A DNA stretch of 64,000 nt. Source: the human T2T-CHM13v2.0 reference genome, Homo sapiens. The notes beneath the pieces are model-generated. The model saw only the letters and a program-made list of their open reading frames with translations, made no database searches and was not told the DNA's origin. This document shows positions 14,570 to 27,879 of this stretch, in pieces (positions within the stretch are counted from its first letter, which is position 1; the number at the start of each line of letters is the position of its first letter). Location: the NCBI RefSeq assembly GCF_009914755.1, contig NC_060940.1. The stretch is one strand, 5' to 3'. A program made the translations under genes and the position numbers.

Positions 14570-14695
14570 ATGCATCTCTGTTCATTCAGCAAATATTGAT
14601 TATGTGCAGTGTGCTAGGCATTAGGAAATATGCTAGAAAACAAACAGAAATAATAGTCCTTGCCTTATTGAAACTTAGAGTCAAGTGAGGGGAAT
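14570..14695 (-). mobile_element. L2 3' end fragment
   Basis: ttcattcagcaaatattg...gtgctaggcattagg...gtccttgccttattgaaacttagagtcaagtg. Confidence 0.65.
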
Positions 14696-14797
14696 TATTA
14701 AACACGTTTTGTGAATTTTAAGAGGGCAATAGTGAGATTTGTTTGATAGAAAGAGTAATATCGAGATCAAAATGTGTGTGGGTGGGGTCACGATCTT

Positions 14798-15375
14798 TGT
14801 GTTAGTCAGGGCCTTTGCTACTGCAAGTGCCAGAAACTTAAATCAAAGTGGCTGAAGCAAAAGAACACTGCATGCCTCATGTATGCGAGAAGTCCATGAA
14901 TAGGGCTGGCTTCAGGCCTGGCTGGGTGTATAAATTCAGATGGCACCCTCCACCAGGACTTCGTCTTCATCTCTTTGCTTGGCTTTTGTCTGTGTTGGCT
15001 CCATTCCCCATGCGTCACCCCTTCCCAAACCTCTTACATGTTTTTATTTTCCCATAAGTTCTCCCCTCATAATGCAAAGGTAGTTGCCAGCAGCTCCAGG
15101 CTCACATCCATCCTTCAGAGAAACTCCAGTGGAAAGAGTCTAACACAGTTCAAACCAAAGCACAGGATGAAGTTCACTTAAATGAATATGGGTCCTGTGC
15201 TCGTCCATGAATCAGTGATGTGGCCAACAAAGACAACATACACTGGTGATCATGACCTGGGTCAAAGTCAAATGCCCCTCCTACAACTAGGAATGGAGTC
15301 ACCCCATCTGTAAACAGACTGAGAGTCTGTGGGAACAAGGCAGTTTCCTATGGAAAAGAAAAGAATGCTGTCTGG
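14798..15375 (-). mobile_element. MLT1K/L-like LTR
   Basis: tgtgttagtcaggg...tgcaagtgccagaaac...cttcaggcctggctgg...gccagcagctccaggctcacatcc. Confidence 0.6.
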
Positions 15376-15529
15376 TGAGGCTGTCTCCACTGCAGGCCCC
15401 ACTGTGGATGGTGCTGGTCAGAGACTATCAGGGGTATTAGGATCCATTTTTTAATCTTATATTCTCTCTCACACACTCTCTTTTTTCCCCCTCTCTTGGC
15501 TTGATTTCACTAGTTAGAGCCTTCTTTAC

Positions 15530-17010
15530 AAAATCAGACAGAAGGGTTAAGAATGGACATCATTGCCTTGTTTCTGATGTTAAGTGGAAAGTATTTCATC
15601 TATTAAACATTTATACCACTAAGTATGATGCTCCCTGAAGGCTTTTCAGATGTGCTCTTTATCATATTGAGTGAGCCCCATTCAATTTCAAATTTGTTAA
15701 AAATCTTTTATCATGAATAAGTGTTAGATTTTATCAAATTTTTTTTCTGCATCTTTTGAGATGATTGTTGTTTTTGTCCTCTAGTCTATTAATTAAGCTT
15801 ATTGTATTAATTGATTCTTGAATATTAAACCAACCTTGCATACCTTTAATAAAGCCTAGTTGGTTATTTTCCTTGAGGTGTACAATCCTTTTGATAAGTT
15901 GTATTAGTTTTCTGTGGCTGCTGTAACAGATTACCATAAATTTGGTGGCTTAAAACAAGAAATTTATTTTCTTACAGTTCTGGAGCCCAGAAGTCCAAAA
16001 TCGGCATCAGTGGGTGGAATTAAGTGCTGGCAGAGCTACACTCTCTCCAGAAGCTCTCGGGGAGCTTCATTTCTTGCTTCTTCCAGCTTCTGGTGGCAGC
16101 TGGCATTCCTTTGCTTGTAGTCACATCACTTTGATCCTCAAGGCCACTATCTTCAAGTATCCCTTTTCTCTGGTGTCACATTGCCTTCTCTATCTCTCAT
16201 AGAATCTCCTTCTCAATTCCATTTATAAGAAAACAGTGCTGGCATTTAGGGACCACCTGAATAACCTAGGATCATCTCCCCATCCTAAAATATTTAATTC
16301 AATCACATATGCACAGACATTTTTTTCCAATTCAGGTAGTATTTACAGGTTGCAGGGGTCAGGATCTGACATCTTTGGGACCCATTATCAGTCTACTAAC
16401 TATGTTATTAAATATAGCTTGCAAATATTTTGTTGAGGATTTTGTTTTTATATTCCTGAGAGATATTGGTCTTTTTTTCTTTTGATATCTTTAAATGGCT
16501 TTGGTAGTAATGTAATAATGTAATAGTGGCCTCATAGAATGAGTTGGGAAGTGTTCTCTCCTCCTATATTTTTTGGGAGAGTTTGTAAAATACTGGTATT
16601 ATTTCCTCTTTAAATGCTTGATAAAACTTACCTGTAAATCTATCTGGGTCTGAGCTTTTCTTTGCAGAAATATTCTAAATTACTGATTCAATTTATTATT
16701 ATTATTATTTGTTTTTAACTGTTTTCTGCTATTAAGATTTTTAATTTCTTCTTGAACCAGTTTGGTAATTTGTGTCATTCTAGAAATGTTTTCTATTTCA
16801 TCTAAATAGTCTAACTGTTGGCATAAAATTATTCATAGCATTTCCTTATAATCATTTAAATTTCTGTAAGATCAGTGGTGGTACGCCCTTTCTTATTTAT
16901 TAATTTGGCGATCTGTGTCTTCTCTCTTTTATCTTGGTTAGTTTAGGTAAGATTTGTCAATTTTGTTGACATTTTCAAAGAGCAAATTTTTGGTCTTATT
17001 GATTTTCTCT
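15530..17010 (-). mobile_element. L1M ORF2 (reverse transcriptase region) fossil, split by an MLT1 LTR
   Basis: ORF 15734-15937 encodes IKRIVH...QLGFIKGMQGWFNIQESIN, matching L1 ORF2 RT (QVGFIPGMQGWFNIRKSIN); disrupted. Confidence 0.85.
15900..16400 (-). mobile_element. MLT1D/E-like solo LTR nested in L1
   Basis: tgtattagttttctgtggctgctgtaacagattaccataaatttggtggcttaaaacaa...cattatcagtctacta. Confidence 0.8.
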
Positions 17011-17319
17011 AATGCATTTGTACCTTTTTTGTATACTTCAAAGAAGCCATTGGCAAATTAAATATGACTGGACAACTTTTCACATAAGTAACTAGGAAAG
17101 GTTAGGAAAGACACAGAATATAATTCAAGTCCCTGAAGGCCTGTATTACAGAAGAAGACATAGGCAGATTCTTTCACATGCCAGGGAGTAGAACTCAGAT
17201 TAGTGTATAGAAGTTTCGAAGAAGCAAACATGAGTGTTGTTGCCCCCATCCTAGAACACAGACTCTAGAATCAATCAGATTTAGACCCTAATTCTGGCCT
17301 TGCCCCTCTTCTTGTTGTA

Positions 17320-17578
17320 TGTATTAATTAAGGTAATGTATGCTGCTATAACAGGTATGCCTTCAAAACTCAGGATCTTAACAAGTTGATACTTATTTCC
17401 TGCTCTGGAGAGAAAAGCTCACAGAGAAGAATTTTATGACCCATGCCTGAAAGTGAGAATTCTACTTATGTGCACATTCTGTTGACTAGACCTAAGGGAG
17501 GCTAGAAAATTAGTCAAATCATATGCCCGAGAGGAAAATAAAATCTCTTTGGTGAGCCACTAGCTAGTCTGTGCCACA
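17320..17578 (-). mobile_element. MLT1J-like LTR fragment
   Basis: tgtattaattaaggtaatgtatgctgctataaca...cacattctgttgactaga...ctagtctgtgccaca. Confidence 0.55.
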
Positions 17579-17641
17579 CTGTATAACCTGGGGTTTAACT
17601 ACTTTTTGAGCTTCTGATTCCTTAAATGTGAAAAGGGTATA

Positions 17642-17990
17642 CAGGCCTACCTTGTTGATATTGAGGATTTGATTCCAGACAACGGCAATCAAGGAAATAT
17701 TGCAATAAAGCAAGTCACACATATTTTTTGTATCCCAGTGAATATGAGTCATATTTATACTGTAGTCTCTTAAGTGTGCAATAGCATCATGTATTTTAGA
17801 AAGTATATACCTTAAAGAACATTTTATTGCAAAAAAAATGTTGACATAGAGACTCAAAGAACACATGTTTCAGGAAAAATGGCGCCAATAGACCTGCTCA
17901 ATGCAGGGTTGCCACGAAGCTGCAATTTGTAAAAACTGCAATATCTGTGAAATGCAATAAAGGGAAGCATAATAAAAGGAAGTATGCCTG
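17642..17990 (-). mobile_element. Tigger1 internal-deletion derivative with both termini
   Basis: TIR ends caggcctacc...agtatgcctg; TA duplication at 17640-41 and 17991-92; Tigger1 motif ggcgccaatagacctgctcaatgcagggttgccac. Confidence 0.85.
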
Positions 17991-18324
17991 TAATAATTTC
18001 TGTCACATGGGTGTGTCCATACTGCTCAGTATCTGGCACAAGGTGGGAATTTGATGAACATTTGTTCCATGAGTGAAGCGAGTTTAAGGACTGGTGTGCA
18101 TGGTATGCTCAGAACTACATTTGGTTTATAGTAAGGGTTCAGTACATAAGCATATTTACTGCTGTTATTGTTCTTAAGACTTTAGAGAGGAATAAAGCCA
18201 GACAAGAACATTTTAAGCTGAAGTTTGAAGAGTGAAGTTTCCATCTCTAAAAGTTTTCAGGCAAAGGCCAACTCTTAGGGAGGTCACAGAGTCCTACTTT
18301 TGTACTCTGAGGCTATGGAATCTA

Positions 18325-18500
18325 GTGGGGCATCAGACAAACCATAGTTTCATTTACTATCTTGTAACTTCAAGGAAGCCACTTTACTTTCCTGAGTCTG
18401 TTTCCTTGGATCCAAAAACCTACTTAGTAGGATAGCCATGAAAATTCAGTGAGATAAATCATATGAAACCAGAACACAGCTGATACATGCAGTGAAGCGG
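18325..18500 (+). mobile_element. MIR
   Basis: gtaacttcaaggaagccactttactttcctgagtctgtttcct...gaaaattcagtgagataa. Confidence 0.6.
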
Positions 18501-20890
18501 CTCTTAAATATGTGCTTCTTTCCTCTTACTTCGCTTCCTCTTTATTTTTTCCTGGTCTATGATACAGAAAATCGTCTGAATTAATTGCATTTGAAACGAA
18601 CATTGGTTGTAATTTAAGATAAAGAGAAAATTCCTAGGTTGGGAATTGGGATCCTGGTTCTGCATTTTCCCAGCCCTTCCTCTCTGCAAATGATCACAGA
18701 ATTACATAGTCTGGACCCCAAAAGCAATATCTTCTGTTACTTAGGATTCAAGGCACACATGTTTGTAACAATTGGCTTCTCAAAACTTGTAAGAACTACT
18801 GATGGGTAAACAAGTCATGAATCAGTTTTTTATATTCAATCAAAGTTGATGGAGATTACCCAATTAAATAACTGGTATATAACTAGTTTCCCTATTTCCT
18901 TTTCCCTGTTTCATAGAAAAACTAGTTATACATTGCTTTTCTGTAAGAAGGTGGTAAATGTAAATTGAGAAGCTCGAGGTTAGCAAAACAGAAGATAATG
19001 ATCAAAGGACTCCATGTCTATGTGGTTGCTTTATGATAATGCTGAATAGGCAGCCTTGTTCATGCAGAGACAATATAAAAGCCTTCCCCCAACTTCTCCC
19101 CCTCCTCCAATTCGTAAAAGTCAACGTAATGTTAAAACAAAACAAGAAGTTTAGAATTAGGATGAAACCCATCTAGTAATACAGTAATGTCAGGAGGACA
19201 ATATCAAAACAAATATTTATTTACTCAGGTGGTGGTTGCGGTTTTCGGGCTTTTTCTCAGCTGCGGTGCATTTGTGGCTTTTATTTGTGCACTGCCGCTT
19301 GTTACTTGGAGCCATTACTTCCTATCTGTGTTTTCAATCGTGTCTTGAGGTTATTCTAGCACCTTACAAAAAGCCACCATCCACCTAATTTTAGAGCTTT
19401 TAAGATAAAGCCCGGGAGCACTAGGAAGGTGGGTGAGTTACCGTTATCAATCTGGAATGTGAGGTTTCCAGTGCAGTAGCACCACCTCTTCTAGGTCACC
19501 ATGGCCAGCCCTTCTCAGAATACAGAATGATGTAATAAATAATGCCTGTGTGAAGTGAAAGCTTTGAGCAATGGAACCAGCTAACATCTAGAATTTTATT
19601 AGGCACAAACTGTCTCAGATGTTCTCAGTGCTATTATTACCCCCTCGTTAAAGCTGGTAATTCTTGTTTTTAAAGCACTTTGGAGACACTCATTGATACA
19701 TGCCTGAAAAAAAAATAGATGTTTATTTTTTCCTTAAAAACTTCGCATGAGACTTTAGAACCGTATACGAATAATACTCTGATTACTGAAGTGGGTGGAT
19801 TTTCCAGTCTTTATTTTTCTTCCATTAATCATCTTAAGAGATCCAAACTTTCCCTGCCATGAAATGCCAGACTTCATGCTGCAAGATTCCCCTAGTTGAG
19901 GGGAAGGGCAGAGCCAACCAGAGCCCCTGGCCCTCTGTCAGGGGCTGCCTCCTTTAGCTCTCAGTAATACCATCAGCTCCTGGCCTCCTTATCAAAGAGG
20001 GAGGAGGTGACATAAAATTAGAGAAATGGCCCAGAGAGGTGGCCCCTCAGAGCACCCCTAGCTGGTGTTTAAAGGGGAGCAGTTATGACGTTGTTACTGC
20101 AGATAATTGCCAGTTGAGTGTGGAGGCCCTGTGTTGCCAGTCCCACCCACTGATCAGGAAAAGCTGGTAATCAGCCATGGCATTTGTATGCTGGGAAGGA
20201 AGAACAATGGGCTACACCAGCTTTATGTCAATCAGCATTGCCCTGACATCCCCTATCAGACTTCTGCTTAAATCTTTTTGGCTAGAACAGGTCATGCACT
20301 AGCTGCAGAGGAGGTTGACAAAGTGAGTATTCGTGTCCCCAGCCATTGTGGCAGATGAAGATCAGGGGAAGGTTTTTAGGAATGGGTATGGCATGGCCAA
20401 CCTGAACACTGCCTACCAACATGTAGACATGATATTGGCTGGGTATTAAAGGAAACAAACATGTCAGACAGCCAGAAATGGCCCACAGCCCATGAATTTA
20501 AAACCTCTACCTAAGAGCAGCCCATTGCTAGCTCTCGCACCCTCTCTGCCCTTGACCTCAATAATATACCATATCTTGATTCACTGGCTCCAGGTCTCCT
20601 ACCACCAAGGACTTGCCTTACTTTTTTTTTGTTGTTTTCTCCATGGAGTCCATCTGTTGGAACATTCTGTCTACAAACTCCTTTTGTTAGGTAATAATGA
20701 GTTTTCCCATTTTAAAAAATTCAGCAAAGACTAGCAGAGCTGCCAACCAGAGCCTCTGATCAACACAGGATAACCAGCAGGAGAGTTGGTGTAATTCCAG
20801 ACAGTGGTAAGAAAAAAAATAAAAATAAAAAAGACATTTTAATTAGTCTGTGCAGCTTTATCTTGCATAAATGGATACATTCCACTAGGC

Positions 20891-21113
20891 CAGGGATTCC
20901 TAACTTTTTCTATAAAGGTCCAGGTAGTAAACATTTTAGACTTTACAGGCCACAGGGTCTTTGTTGCAACTATTACTTCTTGCCATTAGTGTGCAAAAGC
21001 ACCCTAGACAATATTTAAAATGAATGGACATGACAGTGTTCCAGTAAAACGTTATTTCCAAAAAAAAAAAAGAAAAAAAAAGGCCAGAAGACCATTGTTT
21101 TGCAGACCTCTTG
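20891..21113 (+). mobile_element. MER58A (hAT-Charlie)
   Basis: aactttttctataaaggtccaggtagtaaacattttagacttt...tgttccagtaaaacgttattt. Confidence 0.8.
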
Positions 21114-21619
21114 CATGAGGCTTTTAAAGGTATTAAAACATTTTCGCACCCCTGTGCCTGTTTTCCTGAAAGTTTAGAGATCCTGAGTTGGAACACTGAT
21201 TTGCATTATAAACCTTGCCCTGAACAATTCTCAGCCTGTCCAGATTGCTAAGTTCTGCATGACATTCTTAGTAATGATGTCCCCACTTTCTTCCCTCTGC
21301 TCTGAAGCTCATTCTTGTTGAGCTTGATGGCATTTTAGGCTTGACTTTCTCTAGAAGTCTTCACTAGATTCCTAGAAGAGGGAGGCACAGAAGCTCACAA
21401 GCTCTAGGCACAAAAGCCTTGAAGCTTTCGAGAAGACAGATAAGCCAGGAAGTGATTCTAGCTCTGCTGTATATCTGTGTAACCATAGTTATTCACCCAA
21501 CCTCTGAGCAGTGTGAGGCATGGACAGGAGGACTTCAACCAAACTGGGGTTTTCATCTCAGCCATGTTCATCCAGGGGTATCATTGGTCCATTAGTGATG
21601 AAGATGTTGTATTAATACT

Positions 21620-22166
21620 TTACTATGTGTTTTATTCCAGTGTCCGGTTATAATTGTATAAGAAACCATCATAAACTTACCATCTTAAAGCAATAACAAT
21701 CATTTGTTTTACTCACAAATGTGTCATTTGTGAGGGCTCAATGGGGACTATTCATCTCTGTTTTTCACGGTGTCAGTTAGGGTAGCTTGAAGGCTGGGGG
21801 GTAACTCAATAGCTGGAGGTTGGGCTCCTTTATTCATTCCTTAATGTGCTTGGTGGTTGATTCTGGCTGTTGGCCACAGTATCCACACATGGCCTCTCCA
21901 CGTGGCTGCTTGGGCTTCCTCACAGGATGGTAGCTGGTGCCAAGAGTGAGCATCCCAAGGGAACAAGGTAGAAATGAGTGATATTTTATGACTGAGGCTT
22001 GACTTTACCATATTTTATAGCAGTTGGGGCAGTCATAGATTCCCCTGAGGTCAAGGAGACAGAAAATAAACTCCTACTCACGGAGAGTCATGTCACCATT
22101 ACCTTGCATCGTGAGCATGAGAGATGTAATATGATGGCTATTTTGGGAAAATTCAGTCTCCCATAC
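21620..22166 (-). mobile_element. MLT1F/G/H-like LTR
   Basis: ggtggttgattctggctgttggc...cacatggcctctccacgtggctgcttgggcttcctcacag.atggtagctgg. Confidence 0.7.
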
Positions 22167-22384
22167 AGAATATAACTTGAGCTATTTTCAGCCCATGTTT
22201 TACCATCTTCATAATGCCTTATAGTTGAAGTAATATAAGGATACCTCACGTGAGTAGAGGCTGCGGGTATTTAGAAGACCCAAAACAGATGTTAAATGTT
22301 CATATGTGCCATTTTCTCTTCCTATAACTATTTTTCTTCTTCTTTCTCTGGGAAACTCCAGCTTACATTTTACTTTTCGGCCTA

Positions 22385-22613
22385 GAAACTGTTCCTCAAG
22401 AACTCTTCCCTAGTAAGTGATCCCATAGAACGCCATGTTTCCCCATCATATTCCTCATCACACTGTACTGTCATTGCCAGCTTATGACTTTGGTCGTGAG
22501 TGATAACAGGTAAGGAACCATGCCTGTGTTACTCACCGCTCAGTCCTCAGCCCAGGCACCCTGCCTAACACACAGCCGATCATCAACAATGTACTTATTG
22601 AGTGAATGAGTGA
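22385..22613 (+). mobile_element. L2 3' end
   Basis: cagtcctcagcccaggcaccctgcctaacacacag...ttattgagtgaatgagtga. Confidence 0.65.
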
Positions 22614-22969
22614 CCAGTGCTAATGAGTTACTGAATATTGAGAGAATTGGTTGGTACTTCATAAACAATTCTTGAACCCTTCTTAAATAGCAGTCATTGT
22701 ATTAGATATTGGGGCTATAAGACATGGTCTAGTTGGGGAGATATATGGTTCTAATAATAATTTACATTTAGTAGCTATGTTTTTGCTGTGTATCTCTCAT
22801 GCTTTTCATGCATTGTGATGGGGATGGTGACATGCCTCTCAGCGAGAGTAGCAGATTGTTTTATTTCAGAACTATGATCATACCATTTGTACTATTTGGT
22901 CATTTTTCTCCATTCAATAATATAAAGTAGGCAGTCGTGTATGTGTGTGTGTGTGTATGCGTGTGTAAT

Positions 22970-23355
22970 CCACATAAGGCTTTTTGATGACTGCATATTA
23001 TTTCTCATCATTGCTGTCTTCTAATTCATTTGACCAGTCCTGTAATTGATGGGCATCCAGGTTGCCTCTAGGTTTTCACTTCTTATAAGCATTGCATAAA
23101 TGATATTTCTTCATGTGGACCCATTGCATGTGGCATTGAATTATAGAAATGATACTGTTGAATTGAAGATAGGCCCAATTAAAATTTTGACACAGACCAT
23201 TAACTGTCACACAGATTTATATTGCCACCAGGAGCATTTGAAAGTGTTCTATTCAATTCCACACACCAGGGGTACTATCATCCTTACTCAATATCTGCCA
23301 ATCCTTTGGGCAACATAGAATATTCTACTGTTGTTTTCATTTGCATTTCTCTTAA
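22970..23355 (-). mobile_element. L1ME-like 3' fragment
   Basis: gactgcatattatttc...tgatgggcatccaggttgc...gttttcatttgcatttctct. Confidence 0.55.
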
Positions 23356-23934
23356 GACCTTATCTGGAGAATTATGTTTTTTCAACATAAATAAATAAGA
23401 ATTGTCCAAGGTAAGAGTTGTATAGGCTCTGTAAAAACTCCCCAAGTTTCAGTAATTTACAGATTTGAATGGATAAACATCCTTATTGTTCTTAAATACT
23501 AAAGTAAGAGCAGATGTAAGAAGAGCTTACACTTTTTATTATATCTGACATTCAATGGGAAACCACTGGAAAGGTTGGAGATTGGGGTGACCAGTGTTTC
23601 TGAGATGAACCGAAAACACTTAGCCTCTTTTCTTCTTATGTCCATTCTTCTGCGTATTGATAAAGCCTCCATTTTTCTGACATTGGAATGGGAAGAGATG
23701 TTTCAGTCTCAGTCTAGGTTCAATATTACCAAAGTGCATAACATTATATTCAATTTTTGCCTGGCACTTTCTAAGAGATCTCTGATTTGTAGTTGTAGTG
23801 ATGACTTTCATAATCTATTTTTGGAACCATTGTTTGTATTTTTTAAATGATTAGATCACCTTTAAAAAATATGCTATCATTCCAATCAGGTTGATACCAT
23901 TTGTTTTTAATTGTTCACTAAAGTATAGCATATA

Positions 23935-24605
<671 letters not shown>

Positions 24606-24794
24606 ATACCTGTAGAAAGGAGTAGTCATAACAAATCTATAGATTGATTAGTTTTCACAAACCAAACACATACACATAACAACACTCAGAGAAACAGAGT
24701 TATGACTGGCCACCGGAAGCCCCATGCCCTCTCAGTCATATTCCACAAGGGAAATCACTATCATGACTTCTAATAAAATGTATTAGTTTGTCTC

Positions 24795-25030
24795 TTTTTT
24801 TTTTTTTTTTTTTTTTGAGATAGAGTCTTACTCTGTTGCCCAGGCTGGAGTGTATTGGTGCAATCTCAGCTCACTACAACCTCTGCCTCCCAATATAACC
24901 TTTGTATTTTTAAGAGAGATGGCATTTTGCCAGTTGGCTAGGCTGGTCTCGAACTCCTGGCCTTAAGAGATCCACCTGCCTCTGCCTCCCAAACTGCTGG
25001 GATTACAAGCATGAGCCGCTACGTCCGGCC
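24795..25030 (-). mobile_element. Alu (J/S) with an internal deletion in the right arm
   Basis: Poly-T, then gagatagagtcttactctgttgcccaggctgg...ctcccaatataacctttgtattttt...tccggcc. Confidence 0.9.
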
Positions 25031-26311
25031 TGTTCTTTATGTAAATGGAATCATAGAGAGTGTACTCTTGTGTGTCTGTATGGGACTCTCTCTTTTTGAA
25101 TACTGTAATAGATCAACAGCTAACATTTAACAGAGATGCACCAGGTACTTTTCTAAGCACTTTATATATGTTATATTAAACATAGGTGTCTTAACTATGG
25201 ATTATATGGGAATGTTTTAACTTTTTCTTTGAAGTAACTTTATGGTTTGTATACGGATGCCAAATATAGATACATATCTAATTTATCTATTTTCTTTTTT
25301 TAGAAATAATTTCTTAGAATTAGGAACCTCTTCAGAGCCATAATTGCAAAAAGAGCTCCCCGTCAGCTCTCTTTGCAGTCGAGGTTTGTAATTATTCTTA
25401 AAAAGAAAACATATTAAGATGTTCTTAGGACTCTGAGTAGTTATGCCCTCAGATAAATGATATTAAACTAAGCACTTAAAATTAAAGCTATAAAGCATTG
25501 GTGATGCCCAGATATATCAGTACTCCAGTTCACCCTAGGTGAGAAGGGCAGTGGGGATTAATAGCCCCCTCTGTCCATTTCCTTTTTAGGAAATGATGAC
25601 CTATCAGAGAGGACATAAATCACTCCTCTTCCCAAATTAGATTAAAATCCTGAGCTTTAAAACTTGCTTTTACCTGCAGACTCTAATGTTAGACTCGTGG
25701 CTTTGTCATTTCCCCACAGGGGCAGCTTCCGCTGGTTTTACAGGACAGAAAAGTTCTGTTTCTATTACTGAAGAGGTTGAAACCTCTGCTGAAGCTAATT
25801 CCAAACAAAGTAGGCACCATATCTTCTTTCAAAAGATCCCTTAGGGAATAATTGCAAAGAGATGCTGTGATTAGGTAATTACATGTGTGACTCTGCCCAA
25901 GAAACCTGCTTTCTACCTAATTTATACTTTGATTTCCCTCTCTCGTGTCAAAAAGCATATCTAGCCTTATTTATCTGACTACCCTGCACAGAATTTTCTC
26001 ATCATGTAATTGAAGGTCACTAGAAAATAATACTTTTTTGAAAGCGTGTCTGATAACAAACAAACAAAAAATGGTTAGAATCACTGCTAAATATGAATAA
26101 TTCTATTTTCCAATGCTAAAAATGCACATCTGTTCCAGAAAGACTTGGACTCACATCCTACTTTTCAAAATGCTTCAGCCATTCAACCCTTGATGCTATG
26201 GGCATAAATGAAGTCTAGAAGTTCTATAAGCAGTGGGGAAGCTAGAATTGGACCTTGAGGTCCCCCCCTTTTTTTTTTTTTTGATGTTTGTTAGGAATTA
26301 AGATGGCCTTA

Positions 26312-26673
26312 GGTATTAGTCTGTTTTCATGCTGCTGATAAAGACATACCTGAGACTGGGTAATTTATAAAGAAAAAGAAGTTTAATGGACTCACAGTTC
26401 CATGTGGCTGGGGAGGCCTCACAATCATGGCAGAAGGCAAAGGCATGACTTACGTGGCAGCAGACAAGAGAGAAAATGAGAGCCAAATGAAAGGAGGAAC
26501 CCCTTATAGAAACATCAGATCTCATGAGACTTATTTACTACCAAGAGAACAGTATGGAGGAAACCATCCCCATGATTCATTATTTCCCATATGGTCCTGC
26601 CTACAACATGTGGGAATTATGGGAGCTACAATTCAAGATGAGATTTGGGTGAGGACACAGCCAAACCATGTCA
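26312..26673 (-). mobile_element. THE1 (B/C-like) solo LTR
   Basis: gtattagtctgttttcatgctgctgataaagacatacc...cagccaaaccatgtca; perfect 5-bp TSD cctta (26307-11, 26674-78). Confidence 0.92.
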
Positions 26674-27269
26674 CCTTACAAGTTCCATGTCTAGTACAGA
26701 GCTTGACCCTAAGTGGATGTTCAGAAAGCATCTTCAGAATGAAAAGGGGGGCACAGTTAAGACCTCTGGTAAATTGTACGATAGCTTGTGGGGGGAAAAT
26801 CACTGTAGTTAGTGGGAAGAATGTGGCTTCTTTGCTTAGGACAGTTGTGGATTTACTGGCTGAAGGAATCACTCACAGAAGTCATTCTACATTAGTGGTC
26901 AAAAGCATATGCTTTTGAGTCATATAGATGTAGGCAAATCATTTTAAAGATTGTTGCTATATTTTTAGTATAAGTGTGTCCTGCCCAACATTGACACACA
27001 CTTATTCTAAAAAATTGTTTATCTGAGATTCAAATGTAGCTGGGCACCTTATTATTGTATTTGTTTGTTTGCTTTGAAATCCTAACTCAGTCCCACTAGT
27101 CCCATTTTTGTAATGTTTAGCTTTCAGGCAACAACCGCTGAAGAGGTAAAGAGATTATTTTTCAAGAGTCATGTGATTTTGGCTGCTCCTAGCTGACCTA
27201 CTAGAGAAAAATCTTAACATTTTCCACAAACTTTTCCATTAAAATAGAGGATAGGTCATTGCTAAAGAA

Positions 27270-27720
27270 CTGGCAGAGCTTCCCAAGACAAAACTTGTGG
27301 ATAGAGTGGAAACTATGATCTAGCCCGTCCAGTGAGGTAGACTCAAGATCAGGTACATAAACTTTACTGAAAAAATGTGTTTTTTCTCATGGGACGTATT
27401 TACTTGAGGAAGTATTTAATCCCTTAGCATAGACCTTTAGGTTTTCAATGAAAATATGATGAGTTGAAACATTTGATATGCTGATGGCATTCTGACTGAT
27501 ACTTTTCATAACAAATTCAGAAGTGAAAAATAATTTGGTATGCTGAAATGGTGGCCTAAAGTGTGAACGATTAACTTAATAGGAACAAATGTAAGATTCC
27601 GTACTTGATTCTAAACAATGAACTTTACTAGTAGAGAAGTTGACTAGTAGAGAATGAAGTTTACTAGTAGAGAAATTGGGAAGCCATGATTTAGTAGAGG
27701 CATAAATGAAAGCAAGGGTT
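27270..27720 (+). mobile_element. CR1/L3 RT-region remnant
   Basis: cttgtggatagagtggaaac; ttaataggaacaaatgtaagattccgtacttg resembles L3 FNRDKCKVLHLG. Confidence 0.5.
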
Positions 27721-27879
27721 AGCATTTTAATTTAATTTTAATATCAGTATATTGACTTACCAATTTCATATTTTTTTATATTTTTATGACATATCTTTGA
27801 GAAAGGGGTTTGCATGAATCTTTAGGAAGGCTGAATCAAATGATTCAGGGTTGGGGGAGTGATATTGGCAGTTACATGT

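Noticed and set aside
15734-15937. Reverse transcriptase-like peptide as a novel RT system
   Set aside because: It is a decayed L1 ORF2 fragment interrupted by an MLT1 LTR.
27619-27674. Short spaced repeats as a CRISPR-like array
   Set aside because: Only three 12-mers with 4-8 nt gaps, in a eukaryotic context with no cas genes.
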